In this document: piece after piece, positions 1-9,911 of the stretch
Layout of the letters: each line of letters opens with the position of its first letter
How positions within the stretch are numbered: position 1 is the stretch's first letter
Virus record (IMG/VR): IMGVR_UViG_3300028874_000014
Location: 2,396 to 66,395 of that record
Length of the DNA stretch: 64,000 bases
Reading direction: 5' to 3' (one strand)
Origin: a virus
The notes under the pieces: model-generated
What the model saw: only the letters and a program-made list of their open reading frames with translations
Databases searched by the model: none
Told to the model about the DNA's origin: nothing
Program-made: the position numbers and the translations under genes

Positions 1-10
1 CACGTTAATT

Positions 11-673
11 TTGTCAACAGTTGGGATGGTTGAATTTCAAGACCAGGCCCAAGCCAAAGGAACTGCAGTTATCGCTGCAAAAACGTTTGTGAAAGGTGGA
101 GATATGCAACACACTATCGTCCTCCCTCCAAACTTAACACCTCATCAAGGTGAACTATTGACCTATGCATATCAAGTGGCAAAGGCCGATGGACAGAAAT
201 ATCCAGAGTATTACGAAGGACTGATCTACCAGGAAAGTAAAGCTGGTGGAATGAAGAACTATAAAGTTGCTGGACAAGAGTTTGGTCTAAAAACCATGGA
301 ACGATATTACGGCGTTCCTCAACTCAAACTAGCCGCAGTTAAAGATGTTCTAAAGAAGTATCCGTCCCTCGGAGTATTCTCAACAGATGAAGAAATCGTT
401 GCTAAGTTAATTACTGACGATGATTGGTCTATCAGAGTAGGAAGTAAATATCTTATGATGGTTGGTATTGGGAAGTCACCAGAAGCAGCTTTAGTGGCAT
501 ATAATAAAGGCGAAGGTGGTGCTGAAGGTGTTGATCCGTCAACAAATGCATATGCCCAAGATATTATCCATCATGTTAATACTGTGGTCCGTTCAATCAA
601 TACTCGAAATGAAGCAATGATTCATGCATCATTGAAACATGATAGTAAAGTATATTTAGCGAGCCAATCATAA
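11..673 (+). CDS. SLT-domain lytic transglycosylase-like protein (frame open to window edge; probably 5'-truncated)
   Basis: Catalytic-type LIYQES motif, G-x-x-Q (YYGVPQL), 'SIRVGSKYL' and 'AYNKGEG' match SLT motifs I-IV. Confidence 0.75.
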   Translation: MSTVGMVEFQDQAQAKGTAVIAAKTFVKGGDMQHTIVLPPNLTPHQGELLTYAYQVAKADGQKYPEYYEGLIYQESKAGGMKNYKVAGQEFGLKTMERYYGVPQLKLAAVKDVLKKYPSLGVFSTDEEIVAKLITDDDWSIRVGSKYLMMVGIGKSPEAALVAYNKGEGGAEGVDPSTNAYAQDIIHHVNTVVRSINTRNEAMIHASLKHDSKVYLASQS

Positions 674-692
674 AGAGAGCTTAAACATTACA

Positions 693-1682
693 ATGGAAGA
701 CCTAATCAAACAGAATGTCAGATTTGAAGGTCGTTCTAAAGGATGGGAACACTGCAAATGTAAACGGTGCAATGATTATAAAGTTCGAGCTTCATTTAAG
801 TTCGAAGAAAATAAAATCTCATATAACTGTTTCAACTGCGGTGTCTCTCCTTCTTATACAAAAAATAGTACATTTCTGTATAAAGAATTTAGAGAAGTCC
901 TGAATGCCTTTGGGATTAGTGATCCTGAAATTGATCTAGTATTAGGCAAGAATTTCTTTTCTCAAGATCAACTCGTCCTAGCTAAAAAGAAAGCCGAATC
1001 GAAAATCGCAGAAGTTCCACTTCCACTCAATAGCTATAGAGTCACACAGATCAACCAGGACGATCCCTGGACGATAGTTGCTAGTGAGTATTTAGGATTA
1101 CGCAGCCTAGCGCTATCGAGCCATCCTTGGTACTTATCTCCACATCTTGAGTTTAGAGATAGATTGATCATTCCGTATTACAAAGACGGAAAAGTGATAT
1201 ATTGGCAGGCGAGATCATTCAACGAAAAATCAAAAAAACGATATACTAATCCAAATATTCCTATTGAACCAATTCTTTTCGGATATGAAGAATTAGAAAA
1301 ATACACAGATGCTCCATTGTTTATTATGGAAGGCGTCTTTGATGCGATTTCGATCAGCGGGGTCGGGATGCTTGGGAGTAAATTATATAAACAACGAATA
1401 GAGGCTTTTACTAAATGTAGACGCCGGAAAATCTTTGTAATAGATAAAAAAGACAAGCAAAACAATGGATACAATCTTGGATGTGATGTCTTAAAAAATG
1501 GATGGGAAATCACATACATTTCCGGTGATAATGATCTGGACGTGAATAAAGCAGTATGTAGGTTTGGTAAGCTTTGGACCATCCAAAATTTAATGGAAAA
1601 CGCGACTGGCGGTTTTGCTGGACAACTAGCACTAGAAATGTTTTGTAAAAATCATTCTGCAACATCAAAGTATATAAAGTAG
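693..1682 (+). CDS. DNA primase (T4 gp61-like)
   Basis: N-terminal Zn-binding Cys pairs (CKRC...CFNC), 'RLIIPYY...YWQARS', TOPRIM 'EGVFDA'; directly upstream of helicase. Confidence 0.9.
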   Translation: MEDLIKQNVRFEGRSKGWEHCKCKRCNDYKVRASFKFEENKISYNCFNCGVSPSYTKNSTFLYKEFREVLNAFGISDPEIDLVLGKNFFSQDQLVLAKKKAESKIAEVPLPLNSYRVTQINQDDPWTIVASEYLGLRSLALSSHPWYLSPHLEFRDRLIIPYYKDGKVIYWQARSFNEKSKKRYTNPNIPIEPILFGYEELEKYTDAPLFIMEGVFDAISISGVGMLGSKLYKQRIEAFTKCRRRKIFVIDKKDKQNNGYNLGCDVLKNGWEITYISGDNDLDVNKAVCRFGKLWTIQNLMENATGGFAGQLALEMFCKNHSATSKYIK

Positions 1683-1711
1683 TAAACATAAGTCAAAAAT
1701 AAAAATAATAA

Positions 1712-3022
1712 ATGAACTTAGCCAAGCAAACTTTGCTGGTGAATTATCTTCTGTCGGATTCGGATTTATTTACCAGATGTAATGCAATATTAGACCAAAA
1801 CTATTTCGATCCTGAGGTGAGACATTCAGTCCACTTCATGAAAGAATATTATGAGAATTACCGGGCTCTTCCGTCAAATGACCAAATCATTGCAGAGACC
1901 GGCAATTCTTTTGAACCAAAGCAACTTACAAAAGCAGAAATAGAATATGCCTTAGTTGAAATAGAAACATACTGTAGAAATAAAGCAATGGAGCGAGCCG
2001 TTCTTTCTGCTCCAAGCCTGATGGCTAAAAATGACCATGGTAAAGTCTTAGATAATTTAAAAGAGGCGATATCAGTATCAATTAATCGAGATGTAGGTCT
2101 TGATTATTTTAGTGATCCATTACTACGAATCCAGAGGATGCTTCTACGGAATGCTCCTCTATCTCTAGGATATAAAATCTTAGATGAATATCTAAATGGC
2201 GGCCCATCTAGAAAAGAATTGTTGTTGTTTATGGCTGGGTCCGGTGTAGGTAAATCTATATTCATGACTAATGTTGCTATCAATTTATTGATGCAAAAAT
2301 TGAATGTTGTTTACATTACATTAGAACTTGCTGAAGATGTAGTCGCAAAGCGTTTTGACTCGATGATCACCGGGATCAGCCAGAAAGAAATCTTTGCAAA
2401 AATGAATAAAGTTTCTGCTGATCTTGAACGGAAACAAAGTGGTATGGGCAAGCTGTTTATTAAACGGATGCCTGAAAGCACAACAAATGCAAACCATATC
2501 AGAGCGTATTTAAAAGAATTCGAAATGGCTCACGGGTTTATCCCGGATGCGGTTGTAGTCGATTATATGGATTTGATGACCTCAAATCAAAAGATTTCTG
2601 CTGAGAATTTATTTGTTAAGGACAAATATATCGCCGAAGAACTGCGTTCTATTGGTAATGATTTTGATGTCTTAATTATCAGTGCTTCTCAGATGAATAG
2701 GGCCGCAATAAAAACAGATGATATTGACCAAAGTAATATTGCCGGAGGTATATCAAAGATTAATACATGTGATAACTTGATTGCTATTATTCAAACTGAA
2801 GCAATGAAAGCTGCAGGCGAATATATGTTGAAGATTGTAAAGAGCCGAAACTCTAATGGAGTTGGAAAGATTGTGATGTTACGATGGGACCATGTATCAC
2901 TAAGAGTTCGGGATTTTGATGATATGTCTCAGGATAAAATTCAATTTGTCCCTAGAGATAATACTAAACCACAAGAAAAGAAGAAAGACTTACTCGATCT
3001 TCTTAACGCAAATAATATATAA
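1712..3022 (+). CDS. Replicative DnaB-like helicase (T4 gp41-like)
   Basis: Walker A AGSGVGKS, 'YITLELAE', Walker B 'VVVDYMDLM', 'SASQMNR', 'KSRN'. Confidence 0.93.
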   Translation: MNLAKQTLLVNYLLSDSDLFTRCNAILDQNYFDPEVRHSVHFMKEYYENYRALPSNDQIIAETGNSFEPKQLTKAEIEYALVEIETYCRNKAMERAVLSAPSLMAKNDHGKVLDNLKEAISVSINRDVGLDYFSDPLLRIQRMLLRNAPLSLGYKILDEYLNGGPSRKELLLFMAGSGVGKSIFMTNVAINLLMQKLNVVYITLELAEDVVAKRFDSMITGISQKEIFAKMNKVSADLERKQSGMGKLFIKRMPESTTNANHIRAYLKEFEMAHGFIPDAVVVDYMDLMTSNQKISAENLFVKDKYIAEELRSIGNDFDVLIISASQMNRAAIKTDDIDQSNIAGGISKINTCDNLIAIIQTEAMKAAGEYMLKIVKSRNSNGVGKIVMLRWDHVSLRVRDFDDMSQDKIQFVPRDNTKPQEKKKDLLDLLNANNI

Positions 3023-3033
3023 CGAGATAAATT

Positions 3034-4239
3034 ATGACTAAAGAAACACTTTCATATAATGGTTCAGTTCTAGAAAAAATGGACCCAAGTCCTCTAGATC
3101 AACGAGTCTATCTTCCGTCTAAAGGAAAGATGACGACACAAGCAGCGTTAGAACAATCTAAAGTTGATGAAGTATTTGATTCGGTAAAAGTAGAAACCAA
3201 GCCGATTTGGGGTCGTTCTAGCCAACTACACAAATATTTATTAAGTCAGGGTTTGGACCCTGCACCTTGGTGGGCTCCGGCAGGCATGATCAAGACATAT
3301 TACGATCCCACATTAATCACAGAAGATTTTGTTTTTTCTTATTCTTCGGAAGGTAAAGGTTCTTATGTTACAGAACTACCAGCTGGTGAAAAACTTGGTG
3401 AACAGCCTGTTGCATTGAAAGGATCAATTATTGATCCTTTATCATTAGAACCAGCTGATAAAATTTTATTTGAGTCTGATGTAGAATATTTCAAAAATAA
3501 AAAGCTCCAAAGTATGAAAGTTCCATATTCGTATTATGAAGTTCCATATTCGTATTATGTGAAGCATGAAGATCTATACGTGAAGTCTAAGAACAAATTT
3601 CTAGATGAATCGCTCGGCGGATTTTTCCGGGGTCGATTGTCTGTTGTTGTAGGTGCCGCAGGTCAAGGTAAATCTTCATTTGCACTATCACTAGTTCGAG
3701 AATATTCAAAAGATGATAGTGGTGTTATCTGTGCAGTAGTGGCACATGAAACATATGATCAAATCAAAAAACAATTAGTCAATGATTGCAATTCACAAAA
3801 AACGAGCGGTAACAATACTTGGCTAATGGACGGAACCAGACACGGTGTTGATGGGTATGTTAGTGATATTAAACATCACTTGTCAATAATGGATGCAACA
3901 CCAGATGTATTAGTAATCGATGGATTTGATATGGTGTCTGATGATTATGAGATGAAGAAAAATCTTTTGCAACAATTGGTTTCACTATCATACGAATATG
4001 ATATGGCGTTAATTATCACAGTTCAAGCTAGCCGCCGTGGCGACTGGAGTGAAGATGATGCGGCAATCTGGCGTATTTCGGATCATTTTATTGTAGCAAT
4101 GGCAGACAAGATAATCCAAGTTACTAAGCTGGATGGTGTTGCAGTAAGTGAAGCTAAGATCATTAAAGACAGAAATTTTGTCAATCTTTCAAAGAACCGT
4201 TTGTTGTTTCATACAGAATCAAAAACGTTCATTGCCTGA
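3034..4239 (+). CDS. Second, divergent DnaB/RecA-fold ATPase with unrelated N-terminal region
   Basis: 'FLDESLGGFFRGRLSVVVGAAGQGKS', 'VLVIDGFD', 'ITVQASR', 'IIKDRN' parallel the helicase motifs. Confidence 0.7.
   Translation: MTKETLSYNGSVLEKMDPSPLDQRVYLPSKGKMTTQAALEQSKVDEVFDSVKVETKPIWGRSSQLHKYLLSQGLDPAPWWAPAGMIKTYYDPTLITEDFVFSYSSEGKGSYVTELPAGEKLGEQPVALKGSIIDPLSLEPADKILFESDVEYFKNKKLQSMKVPYSYYEVPYSYYVKHEDLYVKSKNKFLDESLGGFFRGRLSVVVGAAGQGKSSFALSLVREYSKDDSGVICAVVAHETYDQIKKQLVNDCNSQKTSGNNTWLMDGTRHGVDGYVSDIKHHLSIMDATPDVLVIDGFDMVSDDYEMKKNLLQQLVSLSYEYDMALIITVQASRRGDWSEDDAAIWRISDHFIVAMADKIIQVTKLDGVAVSEAKIIKDRNFVNLSKNRLLFHTESKTFIA
3520..3559 (+). repeat. In-frame 21-nt-period tandem duplication (VPYSYYE VPYSYYV)
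   Basis: gttccatattcgtattatg occurs at 3520 and 3541. Confidence 0.9.
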
Positions 4240-4277
4240 ACTGATAAATAAACAATATCTTATAAGGAATATTAAAT

Positions 4278-4550
4278 ATGGCAAAGAACAAATCAAAAGA
4301 ATTAAAAGAAGTTGAAATCCCAGCACTTAATATCAATGGAAAGCAATATGAAATTGAAAAGCTTTCTGATACTGTAAAGAGTTTGATTGCTGTGTACACA
4401 ACGTGGCAAGAAGATCTAGAAGCGTCTAGAAAAGCGCTGAATGACGCAAAGCTTTCTATCGCTAAAAACGAAGCTGCACTTAGAGATCTTTCTAAAGAAA
4501 TTGTTGATATGGTTGAAGCAACAATGAAAGAGGAAGAAGAAAAAGCCTAA
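4278..4550 (+). CDS. Small coiled-coil hypothetical protein
   Basis: ATAAATA late promoter and AAGGA RBS upstream; 'INGKQYEIEKLSD' followed by a heptad-rich helix. Confidence 0.75.
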   Translation: MAKNKSKELKEVEIPALNINGKQYEIEKLSDTVKSLIAVYTTWQEDLEASRKALNDAKLSIAKNEAALRDLSKEIVDMVEATMKEEEEKA

Positions 4551-4575
4551 GCTTTGATAGTTTGGATGTATAAAG

Positions 4576-4601
4576 AAAAGGAGACCATCGAGTCTCCTTT
4601 T
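4576..4601 (+). terminator. Rho-independent terminator (GGAGAC/GTCTCC family)
   Basis: aaaaggagac-catcga-gtctcctttt. Confidence 0.8.
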
Positions 4602-4636
4602 CGCATAAATAGTTAGAACATTATAGCCGGTCAAAT

Positions 4637-6430
4637 ATGACATCGAAAAATTTTAAGAGTTATCTCGATGATAACGATTACAAACCAACGCTCAAATCAA
4701 ATCCAAAGTCGGTTGGGTATCTCGAGGATCTAGATACTGCTGATTTTATTGAAGCTATTAAAAATATCCATAATTGTATAGTTTCAGAAAAACTTGACGG
4801 GACTGCATTGACTTTTGGTCTTGATGATGATAATGAATTTTATACGACCAGATCTGGTAAAGGTAGCACAGATAAAATGTTCTACAAAGCTGGTGACTGG
4901 GGTATTTCTGCTGCATCAAATGGATTCAAAGCAGCTCATGCGGCTCTCAAAAAACATGTTGATACAATTCGTAAAGTCATGGTGGCCGGCGAAGCTATGG
5001 ATATCGAAATTCTATTTGGACGTCAACCAAATACTATTGTCTATGGGCTTGATGGATATAACTATATTGCATTCATTAAATCGACCCCAGGAACAAACAA
5101 AGATTTGCCAGTCAAGCAATCTAAAGTTAAAAAACTTTATGCTAAAATGAAAAATGAAGTCTCTGATGTCAGGACAATAAATGTCGACACCACAGATGGT
5201 GATTCATTAATTCAGGCGCCAACTGTGACTAATTGGAAATTCACTACTCCAGAATTTATTAAAGCTTCACATTTTGAAGATACGGATGTCAAAAAAGAAT
5301 TAGCTAAATTGGAATCATTTCTATCTAAAAAGAATGATGGAATGTCTAAATTGCTTCATAAAGATATCACCAATTTTGAAGCTGGTACTCTTGCTTTGAG
5401 TGGTGTAAAAACATCGATGAGAAGTCAAGCTAAAGGGTATAAAGATGAAATCAATAAGAAGATATTGGAAGGATATAAACTCCCAATCAAACAACAACTT
5501 CTAGATAAATTCATTAAGACAGTCAAACCAAGATTACAGGATCGCGATGTTTCGCCAGAAGAAGATATGGGGATGGAAGGTGTCGTTATCTTAGATCCAA
5601 AGACTTTAAAACAATTTAAGATTGTTGATAAGGATTTATTTTCTACTTTGAATAGATTTAATTATGAAGTTAGAAATAATGTCAGGGGTGTTGTTAGATC
5701 AGATGATGATGAATCTCCATTGAATCTCAGAGGTGGTTTACTCGGAACCGCTAAGATTAGAATTGCTAGGTTATTTGATATGCCTGGTCTTGCTAAAGGA
5801 TATACGACTAAAAAGACTATTGCAAAATTCCAAGGTGATTCGCCTGAAGAAACTGTTAAGAACATTTCCGATTCTTTACCCGATGCCGATTACATAGCAT
5901 TTAAAGAGAAGATCCATGCAATCATAGAACACACAAAAGAAGAATTAGAAAGTACACTAAATAATTTCAAAGAAAATTATGGTGATTATAAAGTCAAACT
6001 TGATAACGGCCAAACGGTCGGATACACAAAAGAAATTGTTAGACGGACTCTTTTAGTCTTTGCAGAAACAAAAGCTTCGCTGGGACGTATGGAAGACAAA
6101 ATCGAAAACTGTGATAGCATGGAAGACATCATAGTTGCAATGTTTGGACATCAAATCAAACAACTTTTTGGTGATGATCCAGATGCCGGTGATGCTAATA
6201 TCACCGAAGAACTATTCATCGAAGAACTATTCATCGAAGATGGTGATGGAGGAACTACAGCTGGAGCATGTAGCCCAAGTGGCTCAGCCGGAAATACTGG
6301 AACAATGGCCGGAAACATTGGTAATTTTGCTAGTCCATTATTCAGTAAAGGAAAAATGGCCAAAAGAAAAATTACCAACATTGGTGCGGTTAAACTTCGC
6401 AAAAAGAAAAAATTACATATCAAAGTATAA
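4637..6430 (+). CDS. ATP-dependent ligase/nucleotidyltransferase-fold protein (RNA-ligase-like) with C-terminal extension
   Basis: Motif I 'SEKLDG', motif III 'DIEIL', motif IV 'MEGVVI', motif V 'FKIV'; ATAAATA upstream. Confidence 0.7.
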   Translation: MTSKNFKSYLDDNDYKPTLKSNPKSVGYLEDLDTADFIEAIKNIHNCIVSEKLDGTALTFGLDDDNEFYTTRSGKGSTDKMFYKAGDWGISAASNGFKAAHAALKKHVDTIRKVMVAGEAMDIEILFGRQPNTIVYGLDGYNYIAFIKSTPGTNKDLPVKQSKVKKLYAKMKNEVSDVRTINVDTTDGDSLIQAPTVTNWKFTTPEFIKASHFEDTDVKKELAKLESFLSKKNDGMSKLLHKDITNFEAGTLALSGVKTSMRSQAKGYKDEINKKILEGYKLPIKQQLLDKFIKTVKPRLQDRDVSPEEDMGMEGVVILDPKTLKQFKIVDKDLFSTLNRFNYEVRNNVRGVVRSDDDESPLNLRGGLLGTAKIRIARLFDMPGLAKGYTTKKTIAKFQGDSPEETVKNISDSLPDADYIAFKEKIHAIIEHTKEELESTLNNFKENYGDYKVKLDNGQTVGYTKEIVRRTLLVFAETKASLGRMEDKIENCDSMEDIIVAMFGHQIKQLFGDDPDAGDANITEELFIEELFIEDGDGGTTAGACSPSGSAGNTGTMAGNIGNFASPLFSKGKMAKRKITNIGAVKLRKKKKLHIKV

Positions 6431-6457
6431 ATACTTGAAACTAAAGGGTATTCCATT

Positions 6458-7345
6458 ATGGATTTTATTAAAGAATTACTTTCACTTCGTGAAATCAGTG
6501 AACCTAACGAGCCAGATGAAGTTGATGCTGGTGATATGACTGTCGATGATCAAGTTCACAAGCAACTTGATGATGCATCTGAAGAAGATGATCTTGATGC
6601 TCAATGTTTTGGCCTTGAAATGGAAGATGGTAAAGTTGTTAAAGTGTATGTTAAACAAGATCAAGCTGAAGAATTCGAAAGAGCTCTTAGTACTAAACTT
6701 GGTGAAGAAGATGACATCAAAGCGGCCTTAGAAGAACTAGAAAAAGACTTCGAGATTTTAAAAGTTGTTTGGCCTGATGAAGATGACGAAAACACTGATG
6801 ATGAAAACGACGACGAAGAAGACGATGATGGATCTTCAGCGATGAATGGAAGTATCGATTATTCAGATACCGACAATGATCAACTTCAGGCTTCAGCAAA
6901 TGAAAAATTAACAGTTGGTCAAGCATTCACAAAAAAACTTCTTGAATTGAAGTGGAGCGATGAAGAACATAAATCTTATTCATCCGCATCCGGAAATGAC
7001 CCAGATGAAAACGACGACGATGATGAAGATCCAGATACTAAACATGAGCCATCAGAACCAAAATCCAATTCACAAAAAGGAATTGAATCACATTGGAAAG
7101 TTGAGAAGGATAAAGAAGGATCAATGACTATTTCTAATGATAGGTTTTCTGTTGAATTAGATGCCGATGAAACTTTAGAACTATTAAATAAAATAGTAGA
7201 TAAAAAAATCGCAAGATTCAAAGATGAACATGGCAAGATAGTTTATGTGTTCACTCCAGTTGGCTCAGAGTATGTTATAAAAACGCCGCAATTTCAAGGT
7301 GGATTTAGAATCCCTAAAGAAATCATTAGAAAGATGTTAGACTAA
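6458..7345 (+). CDS. Highly acidic hypothetical protein (possible head/core protein)
   Basis: TATAAATA at 6426; D/E-rich tracts. Confidence 0.7.
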   Translation: MDFIKELLSLREISEPNEPDEVDAGDMTVDDQVHKQLDDASEEDDLDAQCFGLEMEDGKVVKVYVKQDQAEEFERALSTKLGEEDDIKAALEELEKDFEILKVVWPDEDDENTDDENDDEEDDDGSSAMNGSIDYSDTDNDQLQASANEKLTVGQAFTKKLLELKWSDEEHKSYSSASGNDPDENDDDDEDPDTKHEPSEPKSNSQKGIESHWKVEKDKEGSMTISNDRFSVELDADETLELLNKIVDKKIARFKDEHGKIVYVFTPVGSEYVIKTPQFQGGFRIPKEIIRKMLD

Positions 7346-7346
7346 A

Positions 7347-7997
7347 ATGTTTAATTATAAAGAAGTTTCTACAGTCACTCATAATAATCAACGATGGTAT
7401 TCTATTGCTGATGGAAAAGCTTATCCTAGTATTACTACGATCCTGGGATTTACAATCCCAGAAGAGAAAAAGAAAAGCTTAGAGAACTGGCGAACAATGT
7501 TGGGCCCTATCAAAGCCGATAAAAAGACTAAAGACGCATGTGATCGAGGAACTAATGTACATGCTATGTTAGAACAACATCTCAAAGGCGAAGAAGTTAA
7601 TCTTAAAGGGATTCCAGTCGAAGATATTTCCGTATATAACTCAGTCAAACTCAGGCTTGGCGCTATTACAAAAATTTATGGACAAGAAATGGCACTTTGG
7701 TCTGATGTTCTTCAAGTAGCAGGACGGTGTGACTTAGCTGGAGTTTGGAAAGATAAAGAAGCAATCATTGACTTTAAAACTTCAGGACGTTCTAAGAATG
7801 AAAAAGACATCCAAGATTATTGGCTGCAATGTGCTTTTTATGCACTAGCTCATAATGAGTTATATGGAACAAACATTGAAAAGGGCGTAATTATTATGGG
7901 TGTTGTTAACGGCATCCCAATGATGTTTGAAAAAGATTTGATTCCGTATGTTGGGCAACTTATAGAACGAATTGAAAAGTTTTACGGAAGCCTATAA
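7347..7997 (+). CDS. PD-(D/E)XK exonuclease (Cas4/RecB-like phage exonuclease)
   Basis: 'YPSITTIL', 'RGTNVH', 'AGRCD', 'IIDFKTS', 'YWLQCAFYA'. Confidence 0.88.
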   Translation: MFNYKEVSTVTHNNQRWYSIADGKAYPSITTILGFTIPEEKKKSLENWRTMLGPIKADKKTKDACDRGTNVHAMLEQHLKGEEVNLKGIPVEDISVYNSVKLRLGAITKIYGQEMALWSDVLQVAGRCDLAGVWKDKEAIIDFKTSGRSKNEKDIQDYWLQCAFYALAHNELYGTNIEKGVIIMGVVNGIPMMFEKDLIPYVGQLIERIEKFYGSL

Positions 7998-8043
7998 CAA
8001 AACCAATGCAAAATATAAATAAAAGATACCACTGGACTATATT

Positions 8044-8445
8044 ATGACTACACCTATTACTGAAGCTTCTTTGGCTGCACCAACATTTAACGGATCCGAC
8101 GAAGAAATTTCTGGTGCCACATCTGCTTGGGCTTCGATTGTTTCATCATTAACATATCTTAATTCTGCATATGTTGGTAATGGAACAACACTAATTTCGC
8201 CAGAAAATAAATTAGCGATGCTCTCTGCACTATCAGTATATTTGGCTGCAAAAATTGGTGAATGCAATAACATTACACCTCCACCAGAAGTAATCCCGTT
8301 CAATACTCCAACTGTAGTACCAGCACCAATAGTGCAACCAGAAGTTGATAGCTATGCTGAAGATCTAAAAAAAGCTGCTGCCAAATCTTCGCTACAACGT
8401 ATGCGCGAATTAGCAGGTATTCCACACGAATCAAATAGAGTCTAA
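8044..8445 (+). CDS. Hypothetical late protein with C-terminal RMRELAGI motif
   Basis: TATAAATA at ~8014; motif shared with scaffold and head-module proteins. Confidence 0.7.
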   Translation: MTTPITEASLAAPTFNGSDEEISGATSAWASIVSSLTYLNSAYVGNGTTLISPENKLAMLSALSVYLAAKIGECNNITPPPEVIPFNTPTVVPAPIVQPEVDSYAEDLKKAAAKSSLQRMRELAGIPHESNRV

Positions 8446-8446
8446 T

Positions 8447-9895
8447 ATGAAAATTGGTGTTCTTACTGAAGAAGTAAACAATGAAGATGTTGCAATCGCC
8501 CTGAAAGAAGCTGGTGAGAAGCTGGACGTTGAAATTGTAATTTTTGATTTGAATGAATTTGCGGTAGTGAATTCTGGTTCTCCAGAAATTCTATATCAAG
8601 GTAAGCCAATTCAAGATATTGATGCATGTCTTGTACGAGGGTCTGAAAGTAAATTGGAATTCCGTTTGCATATTGTTGAATATTTGACTAAGAAAAATAT
8701 CTTGGTTATAAACAATACTGAATCTATTCGTCTGTGCGATAACAAATTTGATACTCAAACGGTATTGAACGGAGCAGGAATTAAAACTCCAAATACCGTT
8801 TCATTAGTCCAAATTGAACAGCTTGATGCTGCAGTTCATATTTTGGAAGAAAAGTTTCCTATGATTGTCAAAACTCAATCCGGGTCACATGGGGTTGGAG
8901 TAATTAAGATTGATTCATATGAAGGGTTGAAATCTATTGTTCAATACTTGTTAGCGCAGAAAACAAATATTATGTTACAAGAATTCATTCCTCATAAAGA
9001 ATCTGGGCGTATCATGATTCTTGGCGATAAGGTTATTGCAGCTGTAATGCGTTCTATTCCAGATGGTGATTTTAGATCTAATATGGATCAAGGTGCAGAA
9101 TTATCTAAACATGAAGTTACGCCAGAAGAAACTGAGGTTGCTTTGAAAGTTGCGACAACCCTTGGGTGTATCCTGAGTGCTATTGATTACATAGTTGATG
9201 CTGACGGCAAGATGGTGATTTTTGAAGCTAATAGTTCTCCTGGCCTAAAAGGAATCCAGAGTGTTAATGAAGGAATAGATATTGCTGGTGAGATTATTAA
9301 ATTCATCAAAGATTTAATAGAAAAAAAACCAGATGAGGAAGACGAAGAAATTTCTTCCAAAAAAATAAATGTTGTTGGATACACAGGAATCCATGTAGGC
9401 GCACAGACATCGCCAGGCGCCGATAGCGGCTCTGAAGAAGTTGACCCTAATGGAATCAGCACGACTCCAGTTGATGATGGCGCTGACGGCGATCTGAAAG
9501 GCGCTGATGAAGAGGAAGAAGAATTGTCTTCAGTTGGATTGGAAGAAACTATAGTTATTAAGCGCATCAATGACAATAAAGAATTTTCTGCTAAGGTTGA
9601 CACTGGTGCAGATCGTTGCAGTTTGCATGGCGATAAGATTGAAGTTGGCGAATCATTTATTCGTTTTGCATTAGGTGAAACAACGTATAAGGTTCCGTTA
9701 GAAAGAAAGGTTACTGTGATTCAATCTAATGGAAGTGAAAGTCGTCCAATAGCAAAATTTGATGTGGTGTTTAATGGACAAACATATGATGGGATCGAAT
9801 TCAATATTTCGGATAGATCTGATATGTCACATCAAGTGATCATCGGCAAAAATCTTTTAGAGGTGGCTCAGGTTCTTGTCAATCCAGCTGCATAA
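8447..9895 (+). CDS. rimK: RimK-family ATP-grasp (alpha-L-glutamate) ligase fused through an acidic linker to a RimB-like retropepsin-fold protease
   Basis: 'CDNKFDT', 'FPMIVK..GSHGVGV', 'LQEFI', 'DFRSN', 'FEANSSPG'; C-terminal 'AKVDTGADRCSLH...RP...DRSDM...IIGKNLL'. Confidence 0.88.
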   Translation: MKIGVLTEEVNNEDVAIALKEAGEKLDVEIVIFDLNEFAVVNSGSPEILYQGKPIQDIDACLVRGSESKLEFRLHIVEYLTKKNILVINNTESIRLCDNKFDTQTVLNGAGIKTPNTVSLVQIEQLDAAVHILEEKFPMIVKTQSGSHGVGVIKIDSYEGLKSIVQYLLAQKTNIMLQEFIPHKESGRIMILGDKVIAAVMRSIPDGDFRSNMDQGAELSKHEVTPEETEVALKVATTLGCILSAIDYIVDADGKMVIFEANSSPGLKGIQSVNEGIDIAGEIIKFIKDLIEKKPDEEDEEISSKKINVVGYTGIHVGAQTSPGADSGSEEVDPNGISTTPVDDGADGDLKGADEEEEELSSVGLEETIVIKRINDNKEFSAKVDTGADRCSLHGDKIEVGESFIRFALGETTYKVPLERKVTVIQSNGSESRPIAKFDVVFNGQTYDGIEFNISDRSDMSHQVIIGKNLLEVAQVLVNPAA

Positions 9896-9911
9896 TAAGG
9901 AATAAGTAAAA

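Noticed and set aside
7347-7997. Cas4 as part of a CRISPR-Cas system
   Set aside because: No Fe-S cysteine cluster, cas genes or array; typical stand-alone phage exonuclease.
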